Of a DNA stretch of 62,841 bases, positions 39,362-48,611 are shown piece by piece (positions within the stretch are counted from its first letter, which is position 1; every line of letters begins with the position of its first letter). The position numbers and the translations under genes are program-made. The stretch lies in NCBI GenBank assembly GCA_020722185.1, contig DYLH01000007.1, positions 1-62,841 on the forward strand, given 5' to 3'. The DNA is from Candidatus Avelusimicrobium gallicola. GTDB lineage: Bacteria; Elusimicrobiota; Elusimicrobia; Elusimicrobiales; UBA9959. The notes below the pieces were generated by a model. The model searched no databases. It saw nothing but the letters and a program-made list of their open reading frames with translations, and was not told the DNA's origin.

Positions 39362-39436
39362 AAAAGAACAGTGCGTAAGCTCTAAACTTTTTACTAGTTT
39401 TTCTTTTTCCTCTATGGGACTTACGCACTTTCTTTT
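39362..39436. repeat. 17/18-bp inverted repeat enclosing a 40-bp spacer in the pstS-pstC intergenic region
   Basis: AAAAGAACAGTGCGTAAG (39362-39379) and CTTACGCACTTTCTTTT (39420-39436), with one indel. Confidence 0.75.
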
Positions 39437-39511
39437 ACTCTTCATGCTTTACGATTTTTTGCTGTTGCCTTTTTCGTTAATTCTTTATATTTTCCTATTT
39501 TTTAGGGAAAC

Positions 39512-40318
39512 CTATTTAAGGGCTATGAAACCAGCTTCTTTTACAATATCCATTCCTTCAACGCTTTTCACGAAATCTATGAATTTTTTGACCTCTGGTT
39601 TCATATTCATTTCCGTATACATAAAAAGCGGCCTTGCAAGTGAATATTTGTTCTTTAAAACTGTCTCAACAGAGGCTTCAATTCCATTATATTTAACCGC
39701 TTTCACTTTATCGGAAAGATATCCAAGACCTATATAGCCTATGGCGGCGGGAGTCTGTGCAACTATATTTGCTACCGCCTGATTGCTGGCCTGAGTAAGA
39801 GCGTCGGGGCGTACTCTTTTCTTTTCTAGAGCAAGCTCCATAAAGGCCTCAAAAGTCCCGCTGGCGCTATCTCTGGAAACGGCGACTATTTTCATATTTT
39901 CTCCGCCAAGTTCTTTCCAATTTTTTATCTTTCCAGTGAAGATATCTTTCACTTGCTGGCTTGTTAGATTCTCAATCTTGTTTGATGGATTTACTATGAG
40001 CACTATGCCATCCATAGCCACAGTATGGGCTTTAAGTTTTTTGCCTTTCTTGAAAGCATTGTCTAATTCCTTTTGCTTTATAGCCCTAGAAGAGTCTGCT
40101 ATATCGCATGTGCCGTCTATTATTGAAGTTAGTCCAACACCAGATCCACCACCGCGCACTATTATGTTTAAGCTTGGATTTTTTTTCATATAAACTTCAG
40201 CCGCTTTCTGAGCTATAGGCAGAACCGTTGTTGAGCCTTCAACTACTATTTTGTTTTGGGCGGCAAAGACTGAAGTGAACATCGCCGCGATTAATGCTGT
40301 CATTATGTTTTTTTTCAT
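39512..40318 (-). CDS. pstS: Phosphate-binding protein PstS
   Basis: Signal peptide, GSTTVLP, GGGSGVG, SRDSASGT, IGYIGLG, LARPLF. Confidence 0.95.
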   Translation of the reverse strand: MKKNIMTALIAAMFTSVFAAQNKIVVEGSTTVLPIAQKAAEVYMKKNPSLNIIVRGGGSGVGLTSIIDGTCDIADSSRAIKQKELDNAFKKGKKLKAHTVAMDGIVLIVNPSNKIENLTSQQVKDIFTGKIKNWKELGGENMKIVAVSRDSASGTFEAFMELALEKKRVRPDALTQASNQAVANIVAQTPAAIGYIGLGYLSDKVKAVKYNGIEASVETVLKNKYSLARPLFMYTEMNMKPEVKKFIDFVKSVEGMDIVKEAGFIALK

Positions 40319-40333
40319 TTTTCCTCCTTTAAA

Positions 40334-40670
40334 CTAAAACTTAAAATTCACATCTGCCTGAACAAGCCTTTCCCTCTTGGAAGTGCCTATTGCAACTGAA
40401 TCATAGTAATCAAATACTATTGAAAAATTTCTCATTACTCCTAAGGTAAGAATATATTCCAAACCTTTTACGCCTGTGGAGCCGCCATAGAAGTCGCTGT
40501 CTGGATATGTGTCTAACCATGCATCCTTTTCCAGCCTCCTTTGAGAAAAAGAAAATTGAAACTGTCCAGAGTCATCAACTTTTTCCTGACCAAAACTTAT
40601 ACCACGAGATTTGATAAAATGTCAAAAATATTATCGCTAATATTTTTTTGAGTCTCTTATTGGTATCCAT
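40334..40670 (-). pseudogene. Internally deleted outer-membrane porin gene at the head of the pst operon
   Basis: ATG 40670 opens a signal-peptide-like 31-aa frame (MDTNKRLKKILAIIFLTF...). A different frame (40606-40334, no start codon) encodes 90 aa ...RRLEKDAWLDTYPDSDFYGGSTGVKG...LVQADVNFKF*, a porin C-terminus. Confidence 0.8.
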
Positions 40671-40704
40671 ACAAATAAATTCTAAAAGAAGTGAGTTTGA
40701 TTAG

Positions 40705-40732
40705 CGTTAAATGTAGGTAAATTTTGTGTAAG
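40705..40732 (-). promoter_or_regulatory. Pho box: three half-sites in 11-bp phase
   Basis: Minus strand CTTACA, TTTACC, TTAACG at exact 11-bp period; the proximal site sits at the -35 position of a TAGAAT -10 (40684-40679). Confidence 0.7.
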
Positions 40733-40795
40733 AATTTATTAGACAAGTTAAAGCTTAAAGAGTAAAAGATCGCTTAAGGAATAATGGAGTGCATT

Positions 40796-42553
40796 TTAGG
40801 TGCCCCGAGGGGACTGAGGAAAACTTATTATAAAGCTATTTACTCCATCTGAACTTTCAGCTCTCACTGTGCCGCCTAATATTTCTACAGCATGCTTTAC
40901 TATTGAAAGGCCAAGTCCAGTTCCGCCTTTAAGTCTTGATCTTGATTTATTCACAGTGTAAAATCTTTCAAAAATTCTGCTCAAGCTTTCTTCTGGTATT
41001 TCTGGCCCTGAATTTTCAAAGAAAATCTTTAAGGTATTTTCCTCTTTTAGATTTCTTGTTCTGATAAATCCGCCTTTCATATTGAATTTAATGGCATTGT
41101 CAAAAAGATTAAAAAACGCTTTTTCAAGTATGTCCATATCTGACTCTATAAAAAGAGATTTATCAATTTCATTTGAGAAGTTTATTTCAGATGATATTAA
41201 AGAAGCGCGAAAAGATTCGCTTATAGAGCTTGTATATGAGAATAAGTTTATTTTTTCTTTCTTAATTTTAAGCATATCTGATTCAAGGTAATTAAGGGAA
41301 ATTATGTCTCTGCTTATGCTTTCTATGCGAGAAACATTTTTGTCTATCGCTAAAAGGAAAATTGACAAATCTTCTTTTGTTATGTTTTTATCAGACATTA
41401 TCGTTTCAAGACTTGTTTTTATGGCTGTTAGCGGAGTTTTTATCTCATGTGAAAGATTGGCTATAAAATCTTTTTTGATCGTTTCTAACTTTTTGTCTTC
41501 ATCTACATCATAAACAACAAGCAGATATTTATATGTGTCATTAATCATTGTTATAGGTATAATGGAAATTTCATAGTTTTTGCCATTATCTATATAGACA
41601 AAATTTTTATCTACTCTTTTTTTTTCTTTTATTGCAGATATTACCGCGTCTATAGCATCTCCACTTTTTAAGATATCGCTTATCTTAATATCTTGAGAAT
41701 TTAACTTGAATGTGTCTGAGAATTGTTTGTTAAATTTCTCTATGAATCCTCTGCTGTCTATGAGCGCAAGAGACTCTTTTATGTTTTCAAAAATCATGGA
41801 AAGCTGACTATTTGTAAGTTTTAATTCAAACAACTGTCTCTCAAGATTTTCAGCCATATAATTTAAAGTTTCAGAAAGTTTTTTCAGTTCTCCTTTGCCC
41901 TCAATCTTTATTCTGTGAGAAAAATCTCCAGAAGCATATAGTTTAGAGGCATATATGATTTTTCCAAGAGGAGAAAAAGCTTTTTTGAAAATAGCCCATC
42001 CAGCTGTAACTGAAATAAAGAGGAAAAAGAGAAAATATGTTGATATTTTTTTTCTTGCGGCGTATATTTCAGCATTTATGTCTTTTAGAGGTAGAGAGGC
42101 CCTTATGATTAAATTTTCACCATTTATCTTTTTTATCCTTGAATAATAAAGAAGATCCTTGCCAATAGTTTTTGAATGTCTAAGTGAAAACCCTTCCCCA
42201 TATTCAATGGCATTTTTCACTTCAGGTCGTCTGATATGATTTTCTACGTATTCAATTTTTTTTTGCGGTATTTGTGAATCCGCCAGCACTTTACCTTTGC
42301 TATCTATAAAAGTTATCCTTGCGCCGAATTTGGAAAGATATTCTTTTGACAAAGTCTGAATCAATTTTTGGGAATATTTTTCCCTATCAATTAAAGATTC
42401 AATGGTATTTACATATATTTCAGCTATTTTCTTATTGTGAGATATGTTTTCTTTTTTTATGTTGAGTATTATTGAGTAGTCAAGTAAGGCAAAAGATGTG
42501 AAAATTAAAAAAAGGTAAATAACAAATACTTTGTTTTTGAACACCTTAAACAT
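40796..42553 (-). CDS. phoR: Phosphate regulon sensor histidine kinase (HAMP-PAS-HisKA-HATPase)
   Basis: ENHIRRPEV periplasmic motif, HAMP, ANLSHEIKTPL, NLFDNAIK, GGTGLGLSIV. Confidence 0.9.
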   Translation of the reverse strand: MFKVFKNKVFVIYLFLIFTSFALLDYSIILNIKKENISHNKKIAEIYVNTIESLIDREKYSQKLIQTLSKEYLSKFGARITFIDSKGKVLADSQIPQKKIEYVENHIRRPEVKNAIEYGEGFSLRHSKTIGKDLLYYSRIKKINGENLIIRASLPLKDINAEIYAARKKISTYFLFFLFISVTAGWAIFKKAFSPLGKIIYASKLYASGDFSHRIKIEGKGELKKLSETLNYMAENLERQLFELKLTNSQLSMIFENIKESLALIDSRGFIEKFNKQFSDTFKLNSQDIKISDILKSGDAIDAVISAIKEKKRVDKNFVYIDNGKNYEISIIPITMINDTYKYLLVVYDVDEDKKLETIKKDFIANLSHEIKTPLTAIKTSLETIMSDKNITKEDLSIFLLAIDKNVSRIESISRDIISLNYLESDMLKIKKEKINLFSYTSSISESFRASLISSEINFSNEIDKSLFIESDMDILEKAFFNLFDNAIKFNMKGGFIRTRNLKEENTLKIFFENSGPEIPEESLSRIFERFYTVNKSRSRLKGGTGLGLSIVKHAVEILGGTVRAESSDGVNSFIISFPQSPRGT

Positions 42554-43232
42554 TTTCCCGCCATGAATATCCAAAATTTTTTACAGTTTCAAGATGTTCT
42601 GCGGCTTTGCCCAGTTTTTTTCTCAAATTCATTATGTGAACATCCACAGTCCTTGTCTCAATATTTGAAGAGTCTTCTGTCTTCCATATTTTTTCAAGAA
42701 TGGATTCTCTAGACAAAACCTTGTTTTTATTTTTTAAAAGTTCTTTAAGTATTATGAATTCGATAGCGGTCAACTTGATGTTTTTGTTTTTGACCTTCAC
42801 TGTTACCTTTTCTATATCAAGCTCAAGGTCTTCGCTTTTTAGTTTTTCATCAGAATCTGAATTTACGCGCGTTCGTCTTAAAATTGCCCGAATTCTCGCA
42901 ATTAATTCCATTATGGAGAATGGTTTCGTTATATAGTCATCTGCGCCGCTTTCAAGGCCTGTTACCTTATCTATTTCCAGTGTTCTGGCTGTGAGCATTA
43001 TTATGGGAATAGTTGATGTTTTCTTTGAAGCCCTTAATGCCTTACATAAAGTTATCCCGTCAAGTCCAGGCAACATTATATCAAGTATTGCCAAATCTGG
43101 TGGCCGGGCAATAATTTTTTCCATCGCAATATTGCCGTCATTGGCGCTTTCTGTTTCAAATCCTTCCTTGCGCAAATTGTATTCAATTGCTCGCAATATG
43201 TCAGGCTCATCTTCCACTATAAATATTCGCAT
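42546..43232 (-). CDS. phoB: OmpR-family response regulator PhoB/PhoP
   Basis: IVEDE, LDIMLP, GADDYITKPF, winged helix TRTVDVHI; next to phoR and pst. Confidence 0.9.
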   Translation of the reverse strand: MRIFIVEDEPDILRAIEYNLRKEGFETESANDGNIAMEKIIARPPDLAILDIMLPGLDGITLCKALRASKKTSTIPIIMLTARTLEIDKVTGLESGADDYITKPFSIMELIARIRAILRRTRVNSDSDEKLKSEDLELDIEKVTVKVKNKNIKLTAIEFIILKELLKNKNKVLSRESILEKIWKTEDSSNIETRTVDVHIMNLRKKLGKAAEHLETVKNFGYSWRENV

Positions 43233-43312
43233 AGTAATATTAAATTTTTTTTAGTGAGATAAAGCAATAAAAAAGCTTTTTTTTCGTTTAATTAATGAAA
43301 TCTCCACCAAAG

Positions 43313-43342
43313 AAAAAGGCCCCGGTGTAAACCGGGGCCTTT
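43313..43342 (-). terminator. Intrinsic terminator
   Basis: AAAGGCCCCGGT-GTAA-ACCGGGGCCTTT perfect 12-bp stem; T-run follows on the minus strand. Confidence 0.9.
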
Positions 43343-43356
43343 CATTAGAAAATATT

Positions 43357-43887
43357 TTAGTTCTCAGGCAAATAGATAGAGGCGTTCAAATATCCGCCAC
43401 CTGAAAGATTTAAATAGTTCCCACTGCCTGCCCATCCACTTACATTTATTGGATCTCTTGGGTAAACTGTACCTATGTACTTCCCTTCACTGTAAACAGA
43501 AAACGAGACATTTGGATAGACTGTTTGAAATACATATTGATTAGGGTTTACCCAGAAAGAGGCATATAAGCTTATATTTTGATTGTCGGTTTTCACTTTA
43601 TAATCGGAAGAAACAAGCTGCGTCCATCCAGTGAGATTCACATTTATAAAACCGCCATTCTCCGGCACAAAAGCCCCGCCATTAAGCGTGACATATCCAC
43701 TGAGTGAGACATATTGTCCTGCTTTAACATATGATATAGATGTTTTTTCCAATTTGATATTGTCAATGGATAGTTTTACAGAAGACAGATTTTTTGCAAA
43801 ATCCATTTCTGAGATTCTAATCTTTTCCTGCGCTTTGGATATTGAGGCGATCAGAATAAATACAGCGATAATTGACAGTTTTTTCAT
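43357..43887 (-). CDS. Hypothetical secreted beta-rich protein
   Basis: Signal peptide MKKLSIIAVFILIASISKA; Gly/aromatic-rich beta strands. Confidence 0.65.
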   Translation of the reverse strand: MKKLSIIAVFILIASISKAQEKIRISEMDFAKNLSSVKLSIDNIKLEKTSISYVKAGQYVSLSGYVTLNGGAFVPENGGFINVNLTGWTQLVSSDYKVKTDNQNISLYASFWVNPNQYVFQTVYPNVSFSVYSEGKYIGTVYPRDPINVSGWAGSGNYLNLSGGGYLNASIYLPEN

Positions 43888-44669
43888 TTCCCATCCATTT
43901 TTTCATTGGTATTTGACTCATTTAATTGCTGAGTATTCTCACTTTGATTCTGACCTTCTTCAACTTGCTCTTGTATGTGTCTTTCCTTCTTTCTTTTTTT
44001 GTGATTGCCATCATCAACTTTTTTAAGCATTTCAGAGAATACTGAAGGTGTAGGGGAACTTGATTCAAGCCAGGTCTTTAAAGTTGCCTCATCTTTGACT
44101 ATTAAAAGATACTCCATTCCTAACACGGATGCCTTGTTTCTTTTTGCCTTTTCAAGTATTTCATCTAAAAAATTATCACTATATGGATCAAAATTCTCAA
44201 GTATTTTCAGATTTTCCCTTGAAACCCCAACCAAATACACTCCCCCACTTTCGCTTGCGCCTATTACGCAATTTTTTTCACTTATTTTGGAAAATGCAAA
44301 ATCAATGTGCTGTTGGGTTATAAATGGGCACAAGTGATTTATATATACCACCTTTTTACATCCCGTTGTAAAAGCTAAAGAGGCCGACATCATCAGCATC
44401 TCGGAATAGCTTTTCCCATGGCATTCAAGAAAACCTGGATCTTCACTGGAAAGCCATGTGAGATCTGGGTTTTTAGGTGTTTTGGAATATGCGATTATTT
44501 TTATGGCGCCTTCAAATGAATTTGCCACAGTATAAGCCTGAACATAAAGGTCCTTACTTATATGAATAGACCTTTCACTGCCGAAAGCATCTTTTAAACC
44601 CTGTGGGATCAAGTGATCTTCAGGCGCGCCAAGAACTAAAACCACAGCATTGTCTCTGTTGTTTGCCAT
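43884..44669 (-). CDS. Divergent DUF2064 (TIGR04282-like, glycosyltransferase-A-fold) protein
   Basis: CPFITQQHIDFAF...VIGASESGGVYLVG resembles DxPxL...VxGPxxDGGYYLIG; charged C-terminal tail. Confidence 0.6.
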   Translation of the reverse strand: MANNRDNAVVLVLGAPEDHLIPQGLKDAFGSERSIHISKDLYVQAYTVANSFEGAIKIIAYSKTPKNPDLTWLSSEDPGFLECHGKSYSEMLMMSASLAFTTGCKKVVYINHLCPFITQQHIDFAFSKISEKNCVIGASESGGVYLVGVSRENLKILENFDPYSDNFLDEILEKAKRNKASVLGMEYLLIVKDEATLKTWLESSSPTPSVFSEMLKKVDDGNHKKRKKERHIQEQVEEGQNQSENTQQLNESNTNEKMDGK

Positions 44670-44732
44670 ATTAAACCTGTCATTCTGACCAGCTTAAAGA
44701 CTGTCAAAATGCTATCATATATTATACAAATT

Positions 44733-45830
44733 ATGGCAATTAAAAAAACTACTATACTTGTGTTTGGAGGAAGTTTTGATCCACCTCACAGTGCGCATAT
44801 TTCAATGCTTGAGGAAGCTGTAACTCTAATTAAACCTGAAAGGGTTATTATTGCTTTGACATGGCTTTCCCCCTTCAAGAAAGAGCATTTTGCCAGTTTT
44901 AGCCAAAGGAGGGAGCTTTTATCAATTGCATTGAAAAAATGCTCTTTTGCCGATATTTGCTATATATCTGATTTTGAGTTTAAGAGAAGAAAGAAAACTT
45001 ATACATGGCAATTTATAAAACATCTTAAAAATAAATATCCAAATTCAGAAATTTTTTTCTTGATGGGATCAGATTCTTTTGTCTCATTGGATAAATGGAG
45101 AAAATCGGAATATATAAAGAAGTCATGTAAATTGATTGTAGCAATCAGAAAGGGTTTTGTCCCTAAAAAAAGTGGCGCTCTTTTTTTAAACAAGATGTAT
45201 CCGCCAAATTCTTCCACTGAATTCAGAGAGAGGGCGCTATTCTGTGATTTTTCTCTCTTGCATAGTAAAGTAGCAAAAAAAATAAAAAAACATGGTCTAT
45301 ACTTTGCGGATTTGGCGTGCGCTATGAAAGAGAATATGTCAGAAAAAAGATTTTTACATGTCGCCAATACCGCTCTTTTATCCATGAGACTGGCTAAATC
45401 TCATGGGATAGACATAAAAAAAGCCGTCATATCTGCGCTTTTGCACGACTGCGCCAAAGAATTGCCATTTAAGAAGCAGGTTTCACTTTCTCTAAAACTT
45501 TTCCCTGAGTCTTTGGTTAGAAAAATCTCTGATATGGCTCCTCTGGCCATTCATCAATTTGCCTCAGCTGCTCTGGCAAGAAGAAAATTTGGAATTTGCG
45601 ATAAGCAAATTTTAAAGGCTATAGCATGGCATTCAATAGGGGAAAAGAACCCTTCAAAGTTGGGGAAATTGCTTTTTATCTGCGATTTTGCCTCATACGA
45701 TAGGCGACACGAAAGCGCAAAAAAAGTGAGAGAAATCGCTTTTTCATCCATTGAAAAAGCGTATACTGAAGTTTTAAGACTAAAAAAGGAATACATAGTT
45801 GAAAAAGGCGGTAGGATAGCGACAATATGA
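44733..45830 (+). CDS. nadD: Nicotinate-nucleotide adenylyltransferase NadD fused to a YqeK HD-domain hydrolase
   Basis: FGGSFDPPHSAH, LMGSDS, SSTEFR; then RFLH, LLHDCAK, AIAWHSIG, ICDF. Confidence 0.88.
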   Translation: MAIKKTTILVFGGSFDPPHSAHISMLEEAVTLIKPERVIIALTWLSPFKKEHFASFSQRRELLSIALKKCSFADICYISDFEFKRRKKTYTWQFIKHLKNKYPNSEIFFLMGSDSFVSLDKWRKSEYIKKSCKLIVAIRKGFVPKKSGALFLNKMYPPNSSTEFRERALFCDFSLLHSKVAKKIKKHGLYFADLACAMKENMSEKRFLHVANTALLSMRLAKSHGIDIKKAVISALLHDCAKELPFKKQVSLSLKLFPESLVRKISDMAPLAIHQFASAALARRKFGICDKQILKAIAWHSIGEKNPSKLGKLLFICDFASYDRRHESAKKVREIAFSSIEKAYTEVLRLKKEYIVEKGGRIATI

Positions 45831-46681
45831 ATAGGATAAGGACAACACTAATAGTTTATATGGCTGTGGCGACATTTTTCGGAATATGGGCTTATTCATC
45901 CAATTTAACTAGAAAAATATCTCTCCAAAAAAAAGTTGAAATAGTTTTTTTCTCAGATTCTGAAAATGATACAAAAGGCTTTGAAGTCTATTTACTTGAA
46001 TATGACCCATCTAAAAGAAGTTTTAGATTCATAAGCTCAGATAGGCGCATGAAGGTTAGAGAAATTTCATACAACAAAGCCTACGAGGCATTAAGACAAA
46101 TGCGAGAAGAAGAACCCAATAGAGATGATTTTTTCTATATGCAATTGCCTTTTAAATCAACAAATCCTCATGAATACCTGACCTCATTTACAAATTCATG
46201 GAGAAGTGATTTTGAAGGCACATGGGAATTTATTTCTCTTGCAATAAAATCAAAGAGCAAAGGGAATTGCAATCTTTCCTGGCCAGATATTTTAACTTTA
46301 TTGGTAGAATTTTTTCATTCCAGCTCTATTAATTTTTCATATCAAGAAATAAATCTGAAGAAAAAAAATATAGAGTCCGATATTGAACAAGCCCCAAAAA
46401 ATGAGAGTATAAAAATAAAGTTTATAGACGCTTCTGGACTTAAAAATAATGTGGAAAAAACTTTTGCATATTTGCGAGCAAATGGATTCGATCCTGTGGA
46501 TTATAAAAGGGCAAAGGTAAAAAAGAAAACGGAAATCATATCTCCAAGCGAAGATATTTCTGTGGCGCAAAAATTGGCCATGATTCTAAAGATGAGATAT
46601 GTTGAAATAAAAGTGGAAAAAGAAAAGTATAATATTTACGGGGCTAAAATCATGGCGGGACAAGATTTTAATTGGAGGTAG
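45827..46681 (+). CDS. Membrane-anchored protein with a C-terminal LytR_C-like domain
   Basis: N-terminal TM; C-terminal DASG...GF...TEII...IMAGQDF; usual nadD-yqeK-lytR-rsfS context. Confidence 0.7.
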   Translation: MNRIRTTLIVYMAVATFFGIWAYSSNLTRKISLQKKVEIVFFSDSENDTKGFEVYLLEYDPSKRSFRFISSDRRMKVREISYNKAYEALRQMREEEPNRDDFFYMQLPFKSTNPHEYLTSFTNSWRSDFEGTWEFISLAIKSKSKGNCNLSWPDILTLLVEFFHSSSINFSYQEINLKKKNIESDIEQAPKNESIKIKFIDASGLKNNVEKTFAYLRANGFDPVDYKRAKVKKKTEIISPSEDISVAQKLAMILKMRYVEIKVEKEKYNIYGAKIMAGQDFNWR

Positions 46682-46682
46682 G

Positions 46683-47744
46683 ATGGATCTTTCAACTCTT
46701 TTAAAAACTGCTGTGGATAAAGGGGCAAGCGATATACATATAACTGTGGGTAAACCTCCAATGATGCGTCTTTCAGGCGAACTGATACCTATAGTTGAAA
46801 CTGCTCCTCTTAATGGGGATCAAACTAAAACGCTCATCTACGCGCTTCTTTACGATGAGCAAAAAAAGAGGTTTGAAGAAGATTTGGAACTAGACTGTTC
46901 TTTTGCTATTAAAGGGGTTTCTCGTTTCAGGCTTAATGTTCTCAATACCAAAAACGGCACTGAAGCCGTTATGCGTGTAATACCTTCAAAAATTCCTTCA
47001 GCTCAAGAACTTGATCTTTCCCCATCTATAGTTCAACTTGCCAATTTGCCTCGTGGACTTATTCTCGTCACAGGACCCACCGGATCTGGCAAGTCTACAA
47101 CTCTAGCTTGTCTATTGAATATGATAAACGAAAGCAAGAAGGCGCATATACTGACAATAGAAGATCCCATAGAGTTCACATATGAAGCCAAAGCCAGTCT
47201 CATCAGACAGCGTGAGGTTGGGCAACATACAAAATCTTTCGGCCATGCGCTTAGATCGGCGCTTAGAGAAGACCCCAATGTAATACTTGTGGGGGAAATG
47301 AGAGATCTTGAAACCATACAACTTACCATAACAGCGTCAGAAACGGGACATTTGACTTTTGCCACTTTGCACACTCAGGACGCGCCATCAACAGTGGACA
47401 GAATAATAGATGTTTTCCCATCACATCAGCAAGAGCAAATAAGAGTTCAGCTTTCCACATCCCTTCAGGCGATTGTTTCACAAATACTCTTGCCTAGGAA
47501 GGATGGGAATGGCCGGGTAGCGGCCAGAGAAATTATGGTAATGACTCCAGCCATATCAAACCTAATAAGAGAGGGAAAAACCCATATGTTATATGGAGCC
47601 ATAGAGACAGGCGCAAAATTTGGAATGATGTCAATGGATAGAGCTTTAGCTAATCTGGTTATAAAAGGACTTGCAGACAAAGAATTGGCCATGTCGAAAG
47701 CGCATGACAAAGAAGTTTTTTCAAAATTATGCGCTATGGTTTGA
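46683..47744 (+). CDS. pilT: Type IV pilus retraction ATPase
   Basis: ASDIHITVG, GPTGSGKSTT, TIEDPIE, ALREDP, GEMRD, TLHT, AISNLIRE. Confidence 0.95.
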   Translation: MDLSTLLKTAVDKGASDIHITVGKPPMMRLSGELIPIVETAPLNGDQTKTLIYALLYDEQKKRFEEDLELDCSFAIKGVSRFRLNVLNTKNGTEAVMRVIPSKIPSAQELDLSPSIVQLANLPRGLILVTGPTGSGKSTTLACLLNMINESKKAHILTIEDPIEFTYEAKASLIRQREVGQHTKSFGHALRSALREDPNVILVGEMRDLETIQLTITASETGHLTFATLHTQDAPSTVDRIIDVFPSHQQEQIRVQLSTSLQAIVSQILLPRKDGNGRVAAREIMVMTPAISNLIREGKTHMLYGAIETGAKFGMMSMDRALANLVIKGLADKELAMSKAHDKEVFSKLCAMV

Positions 47745-47753
47745 GGTGAAAAT

Positions 47754-48611
47754 ATGGGAAAAAAGACATTGCTTGAAATATTCAAGCGCCAGCCAGAGGT
47801 TTTTGAAAAATATTTTTCAAAAATGGAAATAAACAAAGGTGATATCCTTTTTAGAGAGGGAGACAAGGGAAATGAAGTTTTTTTTATTGAAAAGGGAACT
47901 GTCGCTATAAAAAAATCGATGGATAAAAATGGAACGGATTTTAAAATTTTGGCCATTGTGTCCGAAGGAAATTTTTTTGGCGAGATGGCTGTTCTCAAAG
48001 ATATTCCGAGAACAGCTTCGGCCGAGGCAGTGGAAGAATCTCTGATTTACAAAATAAGTCGAGCTGGTTTTCTTGAATTTGTAAATAAGTATCCCCAAGA
48101 AGGTTTTGAAATATTTTTACAGATTACAAGCATATCAATGGAAAGACTTCAACACACTTCCAAAGAGCTGACTTTGCTCTACGATATAAGTCGCATGTTA
48201 ACTTCAGATTATCTGGACGAAAAAATTTTTTTGAAAGATATCGTGGATGAGGTGTCTTTCTATTTTGATAATGAGTGGAACATAGAATCGTTTTTTTATA
48301 ACTTTTACAATGATGAATATGAAATGGCTGGTTCAAATAGAGAATTTGAAAGCTCAAAAAAATTTTCCAATCCCTCTCAAAGTGGATGGATTGATGACAA
48401 TGCTTATGCCGTGGTCGCAATCGAGAAAAACAAAGTCCAGGCATACATTATATTCAACTCCAAAGGAGAACTTTCAATAGCTGAAAAGAATAATTGGGCC
48501 ACCATATTTAATACAATATCTTTTATCCTTTCATCCGGCCTGAAAAATATAGCAGGCAAAAAGGAATTGGGCTTTATGAATAAACTTAAAAATAGGAAGA
48601 ATTTCTTATGA
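47754..48611 (+). CDS. Cyclic-nucleotide-binding domain protein without an HTH
   Basis: LFREGD, FFGEMAVL...PRTASA phosphate-binding cassette; C-terminal region is not a Crp HTH. Confidence 0.8.
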   Translation: MGKKTLLEIFKRQPEVFEKYFSKMEINKGDILFREGDKGNEVFFIEKGTVAIKKSMDKNGTDFKILAIVSEGNFFGEMAVLKDIPRTASAEAVEESLIYKISRAGFLEFVNKYPQEGFEIFLQITSISMERLQHTSKELTLLYDISRMLTSDYLDEKIFLKDIVDEVSFYFDNEWNIESFFYNFYNDEYEMAGSNREFESSKKFSNPSQSGWIDDNAYAVVAIEKNKVQAYIIFNSKGELSIAEKNNWATIFNTISFILSSGLKNIAGKKELGFMNKLKNRKNFL

